64,000 bases of DNA, taken from Chloroflexota bacterium. Its GTDB lineage: Bacteria; Chloroflexota; UBA11872; UBA12225; JAJDUF01. The notes under the pieces are model-generated. The model saw only the letters and a program-made list of their open reading frames with translations, ran no database searches and was not told where the DNA came from. Positions 27,927-37,343 of this stretch are shown piece by piece. Position numbers and translations under genes: made by a program. The stretch lies in the NCBI GenBank assembly GCA_965214295.1, contig OZ243944.1, positions 4,158,426-4,222,425 of the forward strand. Reading direction: 5' to 3'. Position 1 is the stretch's first letter. Each line of letters starts with the position of its first letter.

Positions 27927-29126
27927 ATGAGCGAGGAGACTCAAGCGCCCTCCGCGCAACGTCGAACGGCGCTGATCTATAGCCCGGCGCTGGTCCGGGC
28001 GGCACTCCCGGCCCGGCACCCGCTCAAACTGGATCGTCCCGCGCAGGTGCGGGCGCTCATCGAGTCCTACGGCCTGTTGGCCGCGCCCGGCGTCCGCGAG
28101 ATCGCGCCCACCCGGGCAACTGTCGCGGCAGCGGGCACCGTGCATGCGCCGAGCTACGTGGAGACGGTCCGGCGCTTGAGTGCCGGGGAGCAGGTGCCCG
28201 AAATGGTGGCGCAGCGCCATGGGTTCAGCGCGTTCGGCGACAACCCCCCGTACCCGGGCATGTTCGAGTTTCAGCTGCTCGTATCCGGTGCCTCGCTCAC
28301 GGCCGCGCAGTTGGTGAGCGAGGGGGAGATTGATGCGGCGTTCAATCCGGCCGGTGGCGTCAATCACCACGCGCTGCCCGACCAAGCGAGCGGTTTCGGC
28401 ATCTTCAACGACGCCGCGATTGCGCTGGCCTGGCTGCGGGATCAGGGTCTCCGGGTAGCATACGTGGACCTTGACGTGCATCAGGGCGATGGAGTGGAGG
28501 CGGCCTTTGTCGGAAGCGACGACGTGCTGACCATTTCGCTGCACGAATCGACTCTCTTCCTCTTCCCGGGACCGCAGGGCGGCTTTGCGGAGCATATCGG
28601 CACCGGGGCGGGCCGCGGCTATGCGGTCAACGTGCCATTTGCACCGTATACCGACGACGCGCTATGGCTGTGGGCCTTTGATGAGATCGTGCCGCCGCTA
28701 TTGGCCGCCTTTCGGCCCGATATTGTCGTGACCCAGCTCGGCGCCGACGGCTACTACGACGACCCGCTGGCCCACCTCCGGCTGACCACGCACGCCTACG
28801 AGACGGCTATTGGCCGCCTCCGCGACCTCGCCCCCCGCTGGGTAGCCGTGGGTGGTGGCGGCTACGATATTGACGCGACCGCGCGGGTGTGGGCGCTGGC
28901 GTTCGGGATTATGGCCGGGGTGGAGCTACCCGATGACCTCCCGCCAGGCTACGTGGCGGCCTACGGCGGCACGAAGCTGCGCGACCCGCCGGACGTGGCG
29001 CAGCTTGCCGACACACAGCCGGCGGTCCGCGAGTTTGCCGAGGCCAGCGTCCGCACCATCCGGCGACTCGTCTTCCCCATCCACGGCCTGAGCGCGGCCT
29101 CGCCGTCAGCGGCTAGTGGTCAGTGA
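27927..29126 (+). CDS. Histone deacetylase-family amidohydrolase (AcuC / acetylpolyamine amidohydrolase-like).
   Basis: YVDLDVHQGDGVEAAF, GFGIFNDAAIA and SLHESTLFLFPG are HDAC zinc-site motifs. The internal ATG at 27927 is used; the track's 5' extension is hairpin-repeat sequence. Confidence 0.8.
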   Translation: MSEETQAPSAQRRTALIYSPALVRAALPARHPLKLDRPAQVRALIESYGLLAAPGVREIAPTRATVAAAGTVHAPSYVETVRRLSAGEQVPEMVAQRHGFSAFGDNPPYPGMFEFQLLVSGASLTAAQLVSEGEIDAAFNPAGGVNHHALPDQASGFGIFNDAAIALAWLRDQGLRVAYVDLDVHQGDGVEAAFVGSDDVLTISLHESTLFLFPGPQGGFAEHIGTGAGRGYAVNVPFAPYTDDALWLWAFDEIVPPLLAAFRPDIVVTQLGADGYYDDPLAHLRLTTHAYETAIGRLRDLAPRWVAVGGGGYDIDATARVWALAFGIMAGVELPDDLPPGYVAAYGGTKLRDPPDVAQLADTQPAVREFAEASVRTIRRLVFPIHGLSAASPSAASGQ

Positions 29127-29253
29127 CCAGTGGAGCGGGGGGGCCACTGGAGGCAGGCCTGTCCCGTCACTCCGGCTTCCGCCGGAGTCCAGGCCGCAAC
29201 CATCCGGAATGACGGGATACAGTCAAGGGGGGTGAGGGAGGAAGACGACTGCG

Positions 29254-29772
29254 GTGAAAAAACTCAAGCTCTACAGCGCCATGACCCTCGATGGCTACAT
29301 CGCCGGCCCCAACGGTGAGCTTGATTGGCTGGCGGCTGGCGGCGGTCTCGACTACGGCTACCGCGACTTCTATGCGTCCATAGACACGATCCTGATGGGC
29401 AACGCCACCTATCAGGTGACCCTCACCGTTGCTACGTTCCCGTACCCGGAGAAGACCAACTACGTCTTCACGCGCGCCGCGTCGCCGCCGGACGCCCCGC
29501 ACGTATGCTTCATCTCCGGCAACATTGCCGCCTTTGTGAGCGCACTGAAGGATAAGCCGGGCCAAGACATCTGGCTGGTCGGCGGTGGCCAAATCAATAC
29601 GGTGATGCTCGACGCCGGCCTCATTGACGAGCTGATTCTGACGGTCTTTCCACTCGTGCTCGGCCGTGGCATCCCCCTGTTTGCACCGGGCGCCACGCGC
29701 GCCGGCTTCAAGACCGTGGGCTGCAAGACCTACGAGACCGGGCTTATCCAGTGGCACCTGGTGCAGGAGTAG
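29254..29772 (+). CDS. Dihydrofolate-reductase-like / RibD C-terminal domain reductase family protein.
   Basis: MKKLKLYSAMTLDGYIAGPNGELDWL N-terminus and the GGGQINTVMLDAGLIDELILTVFPLVLGRG core typical of the RibD_C family. GTG start with GGGAGGAAG upstream. Confidence 0.7.
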   Translation: MKKLKLYSAMTLDGYIAGPNGELDWLAAGGGLDYGYRDFYASIDTILMGNATYQVTLTVATFPYPEKTNYVFTRAASPPDAPHVCFISGNIAAFVSALKDKPGQDIWLVGGGQINTVMLDAGLIDELILTVFPLVLGRGIPLFAPGATRAGFKTVGCKTYETGLIQWHLVQE

Positions 29773-29870
29773 GAGCGCACGGGCTACTGACCACTGGCAG
29801 ATCGTCCCGTGTTCGACCGGCGGAATGGTGCTACAGTGGCCCTGCGGAGAGCAGCACATAAGGAGGAGGC

Positions 29871-30641
29871 ATGCGCGAGAACAAGCTACTGCGCCAGCTA
29901 CGGAACGGGGAGACGACCTATGGGATGGGCCTTGGCCTGCCGTCCTATCCCGTTGCCGAGGCGCTCGCGCGTCTGGGCTATGACTGGTTTTACGTAGACG
30001 GCCAGCACTATCCGCTGACTTACGAGCAGATGGCGCTCCTGTGCGCCGCCGTCTCGGCCAACGGCGCCACGCCGATTGTGCGCGTGCCCTGGTTCGGCCT
30101 CGACCACATTCAGCGGGCACTCGATGCCGGCGCCAGTGGCGTGATGGTACCGGTGGTCAACACGCCCGAGGAAGCCGCGGCGGTCGTGCAGGCGGCTAAG
30201 TTCCCACCCCGCGGCATCCGGAGCAAAGGCGGGATGCTCCACGCCGCCGCCTTCAACACCGTCCCCGCCACCTACTACGAACACGCCAACGATGAGACGG
30301 TAGTGAGCGTGCAGCTCGAAACGCGCGAGGCCATCGTCCGGGCGGAAGAGCTACTGAGTGTGGACGGCGTGGACGTGGTTTCCATCGGGCCGAACGACCT
30401 GGCCGCATCCTTCGGCTATACCGAAGCCGAAGCGTGGCAACAAGACGATTTCGTCAACGCCATTCACAGCGCGGTCGCCGCCGCGGAGCGCACCGGCAAG
30501 GCGGCCGGCATCGCTGCCCGCACGGTCGAGCAGGCCCGCGAGTTGGCTGCCGCCGGCTTTCGGATGGTCACGCTCGGTACCGATCTGGGCATACTCGCGG
30601 GTGCAGCCGGCAATATCGCACGGGAGCTAGGGTTAGGATGA
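29871..30641 (+). CDS. HpcH/HpaI-family aldolase (2-keto-3-deoxy-acid aldolase type).
   Basis: Family-typical RLGYDWFYVDGQH, VRVPW...ALDAGASGVMVPVVNTPEEA, and IGPNDLAASFG motifs. RBS AAGGAGGAGG. Confidence 0.8.
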   Translation: MRENKLLRQLRNGETTYGMGLGLPSYPVAEALARLGYDWFYVDGQHYPLTYEQMALLCAAVSANGATPIVRVPWFGLDHIQRALDAGASGVMVPVVNTPEEAAAVVQAAKFPPRGIRSKGGMLHAAAFNTVPATYYEHANDETVVSVQLETREAIVRAEELLSVDGVDVVSIGPNDLAASFGYTEAEAWQQDDFVNAIHSAVAAAERTGKAAGIAARTVEQARELAAAGFRMVTLGTDLGILAGAAGNIARELGLG

Positions 30642-32005
30642 GCGTAGACGAGCGGGCAGCTGGCCAGCCCGCCATGCTCGACCATCTGGTGCTGGACTTT
30701 CGCCAGATGGCGGCTTTCGCCGCCGAGCCGTGGGTGTTCGTGCGCGGCGAGGGCGTGCGGCTGCAAGATCAGGAGGGACGCTGGTATCTCGACGGCCTTT
30801 CGGGCGTCTTTGTCACCGGTCTAGGCTACGGCAACGAGCGCATCATCCAGGCAGCGAACAACCAGCTCCACGCTTTGCATTTTGCACCACCCCTCCACGG
30901 CACCACTCCCCCGGCCATCGAGCTGGCGACGCGGCTGCGCGAGATCGCCCCGGTGGGGATGCGCGGCGAGCATGGAGTGGCTGTCAAGCTCCTCTCCGGT
31001 GGCTCCGAGGCGACCGAGACGGCGCTGAAGCTGGCGCGCCAGTATCACAAGCAGTCGGGGCATCCCCGCAAGTACAAGCTCATCGCGCGGTACGGCGGCT
31101 ATCACGGGGGCACAATGGGGGCGCTCGCGGCGAGCGGTGGCTGGGAGCGGCGCAGCGTCTTCGAGCCGCTGGTCGCCGGCGTGCTGCACACCCATCCGCC
31201 GGCCTGCCACCGTTGCCCCTTCGACAAGACCTACGACCACGGCGCTTGCGGGATCACCTGCGCGCGTTTGGTCGAGCGCACCATCGAGGCCGAAGACCCG
31301 GAGACGGTGGCGGCCGTCATCATGGAGCCAATGTCCATCTCCTCGGCCGGTTTCGTGGTGCCGCCGCCGGAGTATTTCTCGATCCTGCGTGCAGCCTGTG
31401 ACAAACACAACGTCTTGCTCATCTTCGACGAGATCATCACCGGGTTCGGCCGGCTGGGCGCGTGGTTTGGCGCCGACTACTACGGCGTGGCGCCCGACCT
31501 GCTGGCCTGCGGCAAGGGGATGAGCGGTGGCTATGCCCCCCTCGCTGGCGTACTCATTGCCGACCGGGTTTGGCAGGCGTTCCTCGGTGATCCGGACTCG
31601 CGGCGCGAGTTCCACCACGGCCACACGTTCGCCGGCAATCCGGTGGCCTGCGCGGCCGGGCTGGCCGCGCTCGCTGAGTACGAGGAGCGCGACTTGATCG
31701 CGCACGCTGCTCAAATGGGTGTCCACCTCCGCACGCGCCTGGAGGGGTTGGCGGAGACCTATCCGTTCGTCCGAGACGTGCGTGGCGCCGGCCTCTTGCA
31801 GGGCTTTGATCTTGCTGCGGACGCCTGGCCGGAAGCAGCCACACCGCCGGGCAAACGGTTCGAGGCGCTGGCCCGCGAGCGGGGTCTCATTGCGCGCTGT
31901 GGCAACGACTTCGTTGGCTTCGCGCCGCCACTGGTCACGCAGACGGCAGAGCTTGACGAACTGTGCGACATCGCCGCCGCCTGCTTGGCGGCCATGGCAC
32001 CGTAA
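30638..32005 (+). CDS. Class III (omega-type) PLP-dependent aminotransferase.
   Basis: LSGGSEATETALKLAR, FDEIITGFGRLG, and the PLP-lysine context CGKGMSGGYAP. The ATG overlaps the aldolase stop (ATGA at 30638-30641). Confidence 0.85.
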   Translation: MSVDERAAGQPAMLDHLVLDFRQMAAFAAEPWVFVRGEGVRLQDQEGRWYLDGLSGVFVTGLGYGNERIIQAANNQLHALHFAPPLHGTTPPAIELATRLREIAPVGMRGEHGVAVKLLSGGSEATETALKLARQYHKQSGHPRKYKLIARYGGYHGGTMGALAASGGWERRSVFEPLVAGVLHTHPPACHRCPFDKTYDHGACGITCARLVERTIEAEDPETVAAVIMEPMSISSAGFVVPPPEYFSILRAACDKHNVLLIFDEIITGFGRLGAWFGADYYGVAPDLLACGKGMSGGYAPLAGVLIADRVWQAFLGDPDSRREFHHGHTFAGNPVACAAGLAALAEYEERDLIAHAAQMGVHLRTRLEGLAETYPFVRDVRGAGLLQGFDLAADAWPEAATPPGKRFEALARERGLIARCGNDFVGFAPPLVTQTAELDELCDIAAACLAAMAP

Positions 32006-32105
32006 GCAGCCCCGCTGCCGACGCATCGGCACGATTCCCGGCGCTCAAGCGCCGATCACCCGACCATAACAGGGATACGGGGCGTGCGGTTGTGCCTGAT
32101 GCTGC

Positions 32106-32402
32106 TTATGCGGCCTTGCCGCGCGCCCGGATTTCCTGCCCCAGGCGCTCCAAAACCCATCTGCGGGCCAGTGCCGTTGCGTTCAACTCCTCTTCACGAG
32201 CGAGGTCGTCCAGCTGCGCCAGCGTGTCGGCGTCAATCGGGATAGTAACGCGGTCGAAGAGCTTGTCCGCAACCTGGGACTGGACTGGCTTGAACTCGTC
32301 CCGATAGTCGGTCAGATCATGGGTATCCCAGAACTCGGCCTCCTCCTCGATGGTCTTGAACTCTGGGATGCGGCTTTTCCTGTACTCTTTCTGCACAGTC
32401 AT
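32106..32402 (-). CDS. brnA: BrnA-type antitoxin (CopG-like, with the FWDTHD N-terminal motif).
   Basis: 98 aa with IPEFKTIEEEAEFWDTHDLTDY then an RHH-like C-terminus. It lies directly downstream of brnT, which is the characteristic toxin-first brnTA order. Confidence 0.7.
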   Translation of the reverse strand: MTVQKEYRKSRIPEFKTIEEEAEFWDTHDLTDYRDEFKPVQSQVADKLFDRVTIPIDADTLAQLDDLAREEELNATALARRWVLERLGQEIRARGKAA

Positions 32403-32417
32403 CGTACCTCGCCTCGT

Positions 32418-32714
32418 TCATCCCGGCAGCGGCGGCGTTCTTGACGACTTGCCAGCCGCGCTGTCACCGGGTATCACCGGGTAGTAGACGCCCCCATCTT
32501 GGGGGGCAAGGATGGCCGTGAGCATCCGACCAGCGCGAGTTAATCCCACGGCACGGATGCGCTCCTTATAGGTCGCACTGATCATTGGATCATTCTCACA
32601 GACCTCTTCGACCTCAGCAGGACTAACCTCGTGGCGGGCAGTGTGAGCGATATTCCAATCATCCCAGATGAGCCGACGAATAGGTGTCATACTGTCATCA
32701 CCAGTGTAAGGCAT
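32418..32714 (-). CDS. brnT: BrnT-type toxin (DUF497 ribonuclease-like).
   Basis: IWDDWNIAHTARHEVSPAEVEEV...AVGLTRAGRMLTAI matches the DUF497 pattern (FEWDxxKxxxNxxKHGV..EEV...iG.t..GrlL.vv). Confidence 0.7.
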   Translation of the reverse strand: MPYTGDDSMTPIRRLIWDDWNIAHTARHEVSPAEVEEVCENDPMISATYKERIRAVGLTRAGRMLTAILAPQDGGVYYPVIPGDSAAGKSSRTPPLPG

Positions 32715-32841
32715 CCTGATCGCCTGGAGCGCATCGTCACTCAGCAGTGCATCATCCGGGCTAGTTATCGGCCGATCCTGGCACGTATACTGGTACTGAG
32801 GGCGGGCACTCCATACTCAACCGCCCCAGGAGGTACGGGCC

Positions 32842-34407
32842 GTGGACTCAGCCCTGCAGTCGCCGCGTTTTTACATCACCACCGCCATTGACTACCCGAA
32901 TGCCGCGCCGCATATCGGGACTGCCCTCGAGAAGGTCGGGGCAGACGTGATGGCGCGGTTCCGGCGAATGCAGGGGATGGACATACTCTTCTCGATGGGC
33001 CTCGACGAGAACAGCCAACACGTGCTGCGCGCCGCCGAGGAGGCAAACGTGACGGCGCGGGCCTGGGTGGACCGGATGGACAGGGTCTTTCAGCGGGCCT
33101 GGAAGTCTTTGAACATCTCCTATGATCGTTGGATCCGCACCACCGAGCAGGTTCACACTGCGGCCTCGGTAGAGCTGTTTCGTCGCTCGCTGGAGCGTGG
33201 CGACATCTACAAGGGCACCTATTCGGGCTGGTATTGTCCGAACTGCAACACCTTCTACGACGACGATGACTTGGTGGACCGGCGCTGTCCCAATCATCCG
33301 ACGCTCACGCCGGAATGGTTGGACGAGGAAAACTACTTCTTCGCCTTGGGCCGCTATCAGGAGCCGTTGGCGCGCCACATCGAGGCTCACCCGGACTTCA
33401 TCGTGCCCACGACGCGGCGCAACGAGGTGCTGGGCTGGCTACGGGACGGGCTACGGGACTTCTCCACGTCGCGGCTGGTACGTAATCTCGCCGGCGAGCG
33501 CTGGGGTATCAGCGTACCCGGGGACGCCGACCACGTCATGTACGTGTGGTATGACGCGCTCACGAACTACCTCACGTCCGCCGGCTTCCCGCATGATGAC
33601 GCCCGTTACACGCGCTACTGGCCCGCCGACGTACACGTGATCGGCAAAGACATTACCCGCTTTCACTGTCTGTACTGGCCGGCTATGCTGATGAGCGCGG
33701 GTGTCGCGCTACCGCGGCAGATCGTGGTACACGGCTGGTGGAACCTGGAAGGCAAACCACTCTCGAAAACCACCGGCAACGTGCTCGACCCGCGAGACGC
33801 CGTAGCGGAGTTCGGCACCGACCCGGTGCGCTACTATCTCATGCGCGAGGGGTCTTGGTTCCAAGACGGCAACTTTGTGCGGGCCAATCTCATCCAGCGC
33901 TATCATGCCGAGCTGGCCAACGACTTGGGCAACCTGCTCAATCGGACGGTGACGATGATCGGCCGCTACTGCAACGGTATCCTGCCCGCCCCGCGCACCG
34001 CCGCCGCCGGCGAGCGGGAAACAGCCGTACAGCGCGCGGCGGAGACGGCGCAGCGGGACGCCACTGCGGCGCTCGACGGCTGGGAGTTCGGTCGGGCACT
34101 CGACGCAATCTGGCAGCTGGTGCGCCGAGGCAATCAGTACCTCGACGAGGCGCAGCCATGGCACCTGGCCCGCGATCCGGCGCAGCGCGCCGCGCTGGAG
34201 ACCGTCCTGGCAACCACCGCCGAAAGTCTGCGTTTTCAGGCAACTCTGCTCGGCCCGTTCATGCCGGCGACGGCGGATCGGATGCTCGCCCAGCTTGGTC
34301 TCGACGGTGTAGCGCCGGGCGCGTGGAGCGACCTACGCTGGCAGCCGGACGGCTCGGGCCGGCCGGTGCCCGGCGGCGCGCCCTTGTTCCCGCGGCTGTC
34401 GGCATAG
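32842..34407 (+). CDS. metG: Methionyl-tRNA synthetase (core-length form) with non-canonical catalytic motifs.
   Basis: FYITTAIDYPNAAPHIGTA (HIGH replaced by HIGT), CPNC...CPNH zinc knuckle, PLSKT in place of KMSKS, and an anticodon-binding helical domain (NDLGNLLNRT). GTG start with AGGAGG 8 nt upstream. Confidence 0.8.
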   Translation: MDSALQSPRFYITTAIDYPNAAPHIGTALEKVGADVMARFRRMQGMDILFSMGLDENSQHVLRAAEEANVTARAWVDRMDRVFQRAWKSLNISYDRWIRTTEQVHTAASVELFRRSLERGDIYKGTYSGWYCPNCNTFYDDDDLVDRRCPNHPTLTPEWLDEENYFFALGRYQEPLARHIEAHPDFIVPTTRRNEVLGWLRDGLRDFSTSRLVRNLAGERWGISVPGDADHVMYVWYDALTNYLTSAGFPHDDARYTRYWPADVHVIGKDITRFHCLYWPAMLMSAGVALPRQIVVHGWWNLEGKPLSKTTGNVLDPRDAVAEFGTDPVRYYLMREGSWFQDGNFVRANLIQRYHAELANDLGNLLNRTVTMIGRYCNGILPAPRTAAAGERETAVQRAAETAQRDATAALDGWEFGRALDAIWQLVRRGNQYLDEAQPWHLARDPAQRAALETVLATTAESLRFQATLLGPFMPATADRMLAQLGLDGVAPGAWSDLRWQPDGSGRPVPGGAPLFPRLSA

Positions 34408-34692
34408 AGGCCGCTGGGCACTTGTAGCCACCTCCCTACATTCCTGCGAAAGCAGGCGCAACGATGGAGTAGCGTCCGAGGTTGGCCGTGCGTTGGTGGC
34501 GGCGCGTGCGGTTATGGTAGACTAGGTGGCAGGTGAAAAGGAGGTGATGCCTATGGATAGTAGCAGCGCTAGTCGGCACGCCCTGTCCATGTGCATTCGC
34601 CTCGTACCCGTCGCCTAAATCAACACCAACGGCGAGCCGGAAGGTACGGGCGAATACCGGCGCTGGGTAGGGACGTGCTGCCTAGTGCGTAG

Positions 34693-34744
34693 CAAAGCCG
34701 CCCGAGACTGGTCCTCAACGGCCAAGCTCGGGCGGCTTTTTCGT
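34693..34744 (+). terminator. Rho-independent terminator (12-bp GC stem, then TTTTTCGTT).
   Basis: AAAGCCGCCCGAG...CTCGGGCGGCTTTTTCG read directly from the sequence. Downstream of metG and of a short SD-led ORF. Confidence 0.65.
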
Positions 34745-34861
34745 TGGTCCGGAGGGCTGAACTGGTTGCTGGCACCAGCGTAGGGGCACAGCATGCTGTG
34801 CCCCTACAACGTCTTACCGGGAAATACGGTCATGTCGCGGTTGCGTGGGAGACTTCCAGAC

Positions 34862-35533
34862 ATGAAACGTCGCAGTGTGGCGCTCGGCGTCCTCATCGCG
34901 TTTGCCTTGACCGCGTGCAGTGTGGCGGGCCTCGGGGGGGTACGCGGCTCCGGGAGCATCAGCTACGAGACCAGAGATGTCGGGAGCTTCGACCAGGTTG
35001 CCGTCGCTGGCAGCGCGCGGGTATTCATCACCCAGGGAGCAGCACCATCGCTGGTGGTCGAGGTTGACGACAACCTCATGGAGTACGTGCGGACCGAGGT
35101 AGACGGCTTCACCCTCCACCTCGGATTCGGGGGTGCCGTCGGTGGCTATGCCCCCACGCAGACGCTGACCTTTCGCCTCACGGTCCGCCGGCTCAGGGGC
35201 CTGGAGCTAGATGGCGCCGGCTCTATCGAGGCGACCGATATCGACGCCGCGCGGCTTGAGGTGGACCTCAATGGATCGGGCCGGATTCGACTGACCGGAC
35301 AGGTCCAGGAGCAGGACGTCACCATCAACGGCGCCGGCATCTATGACGCCACCGGGACCGAGTCCGAGACCGCCCGAGTGCGGGTCAACGGATCGGGCAC
35401 TGCCACCGTCTGGACCAGCGACACGCTCGATGCCCGCCTCAGCGGCAGCGGCCGGATCGGCTACTACGGACAGCCGCAGGTGAGCCTCGACATCGCCGGC
35501 TCCGGCCAAGTCAAGAGCCTCGGTGCGCGGTAG
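34862..35533 (+). CDS. DUF2807-type (GIN-domain, putative adhesin-head-like) lipoprotein.
   Basis: Signal peptide with lipobox (LIAFALTAC). The protein has repeating beta-strand GSG/NGSG units typical of DUF2807. The internal ATG at 34862 is used. Confidence 0.7.
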   Translation: MKRRSVALGVLIAFALTACSVAGLGGVRGSGSISYETRDVGSFDQVAVAGSARVFITQGAAPSLVVEVDDNLMEYVRTEVDGFTLHLGFGGAVGGYAPTQTLTFRLTVRRLRGLELDGAGSIEATDIDAARLEVDLNGSGRIRLTGQVQEQDVTINGAGIYDATGTESETARVRVNGSGTATVWTSDTLDARLSGSGRIGYYGQPQVSLDIAGSGQVKSLGAR

Positions 35534-35626
35534 GCGCTGTTGTCATCCCTCGGTCATTTCCGTAGGCATTAGCAGCGAAAAACTGCAATACTCGCGGCCG
35601 AGGCTACGGACAGGGATGGTAGCAGC

Positions 35627-37129
35627 ATGAGACATAGCCTTGTTGCACTCATCGCCGCCGGATTGCTGCTCTTGTTTGTGGTGCCGACGGCTACGGCGGC
35701 CGGCTGCAAGCTGGCCGCCGGCTTTGCCATGCTCACGGCCTTGATTGATGAGACGGAGGGGCCGGACAAAGTCGGCGTCTGCCTGGAAAACCGGCACGTC
35801 AATCCTGAGAACGGCGATATCCTGCAGCAAACCACCGGCGGTCTGCTCGTGCGGCGTGCGGCCGATAACCGGGCGGCCTTCACTGATGGCCACCGCACCT
35901 GGATCAGCGGGCCGCATGGACTGCAAGCGCGCCTCAATACGGAGCAACTCGACTGGGAAGGCCAACCGGAGCTTGGGGCCGTGACGGTCGCTCCCGGCGA
36001 CGCGATCCAAATACGTTCGGTGAACGCACTGACCGGTGTCGCCGCGTTGGGCCTTCCGAACCAGCGCGGCGTAGCCCTCGCCATCGCGGATTACGGCCCT
36101 ATCGCGGGGCACGTTGTCTCGATGGGCGCCGGCCTCGACTCCCTCTGCACCGCCGAGGGAGGTCGCGCCGCTGCCCGCTCTGTGACCGCCGATCCACAGG
36201 TCCTCGGTGTCATCGGCACGTCCTGCTCCGTCGCTGCCGCCGCCGCGGCGCCCATCATCAGCGCGGCCGGCCTGGCGATGATCGCTCCTTCCACTACCTC
36301 TCCCTCGCTCACCTCGGACCTCCGCGGCAACGCGAACGCCAACTATCACCCCGGCTATTACCGGACCGCCTCCAACGACCTATACCAGGCACGGGCAGTC
36401 GCGCAGTTTGCCTATAACGAGCTTGGCCTACGCAAGATGGCTGCCATCCACGACGGCGACCCGTACACCACCGGACTCACCGGCGCCTTTGCCACCGCGT
36501 TCCGTGAGCTAGGCGGATCAACCGTCCTTACCTCCGTCAAACGGGGCGATACCAATATGACCCCCGTACTCACCCGCATCGCGGCCGGCAGCCCCGACGG
36601 CCTCTTCTTCCCGCTCTTCCCGGCCGAGGGCGCCCACGTCGTCCGGCAGATCGGTGCGGTCGCCGGGCTTGAGGGAGTGACGCTGATCGGCGGCGCGGCC
36701 CTGCTCGTATCCGAGTTCCTCGCCGTCCCGGAGTCGGAGGGCGTCTACTTCCCCGGCCCGGACCTACGTTTCGACGAGAACGCCAACCAGGCGACCGGCA
36801 AGAGCGGTGCGACCCTCACCGCCGACTATCTGGAACGGCACAGCGAGCCGCCCTCGTCCGCCTACCTGGCCCACGCCTACGATGCAACCACCCTGCTCCT
36901 CCGTGCTATCGAGACGGTCGCAGTCGCCGACGGAGACATCCTCTCCATCGACCGGGCCAAGCTGCGTGCGGCACTGACCGCCACGGCCGGTTTTCAGGGC
37001 ATCATCGGCGCCATATCCTGCGACGAGTTCGGCGACTGCGGCACCGGGCGCATCCACATCACGCACCACACCGACTCCAGCATTACCGACGTTGCCCAAC
37101 TGCCGGTCGTCTACCGCTTCACGCCTTGA
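35627..37129 (+). CDS. Periplasmic/extracytoplasmic substrate-binding protein (Leu/Ile/Val-binding-like, Peripla_BP_6) with an extra N-terminal domain of about 110 aa. It is an orphan; there are no adjacent permease or ATPase genes.
   Basis: Signal peptide MRHSLVALIAAGLLLLFVVPTATAAGC. The C-terminal 370 aa show the type-I periplasmic-binding-fold pattern (VIGTSCS...GLAMIAPSTTSP...YYRTASND...). Confidence 0.75.
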   Translation: MRHSLVALIAAGLLLLFVVPTATAAGCKLAAGFAMLTALIDETEGPDKVGVCLENRHVNPENGDILQQTTGGLLVRRAADNRAAFTDGHRTWISGPHGLQARLNTEQLDWEGQPELGAVTVAPGDAIQIRSVNALTGVAALGLPNQRGVALAIADYGPIAGHVVSMGAGLDSLCTAEGGRAAARSVTADPQVLGVIGTSCSVAAAAAAPIISAAGLAMIAPSTTSPSLTSDLRGNANANYHPGYYRTASNDLYQARAVAQFAYNELGLRKMAAIHDGDPYTTGLTGAFATAFRELGGSTVLTSVKRGDTNMTPVLTRIAAGSPDGLFFPLFPAEGAHVVRQIGAVAGLEGVTLIGGAALLVSEFLAVPESEGVYFPGPDLRFDENANQATGKSGATLTADYLERHSEPPSSAYLAHAYDATTLLLRAIETVAVADGDILSIDRAKLRAALTATAGFQGIIGAISCDEFGDCGTGRIHITHHTDSSITDVAQLPVVYRFTP

Positions 37130-37343
37130 TGACTGCCACTGGGCGTTGCGGGCAAACCACGCCCGCCTCGGCGCCGCTGTGCGGACTTAGGCGTACAATT
37201 GCAGGCTTATGTCGAGAGCATAGTGTCAGCAATGCAGTTCCCCCCGGCCCTTTCCCTCCACGGCTAGGGAGTCAGCAAGACGCCCGGCAGCCCCTTCCCT
37301 TTAGGGAGGGGGTTGGGGGTAGGTAAGCGGGAGGGTCACGGCA

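Noticed and set aside
34540-34620. Considered whether the AAAGGAGGTGAT-led short ORF region is part of a tmRNA or other housekeeping ncRNA.
   Set aside because: There is no tRNA-like 3' end, no tmRNA pseudoknot or tag-peptide signature (the peptide ends LVPVA, not AA), and no RNase P or SRP conserved blocks.
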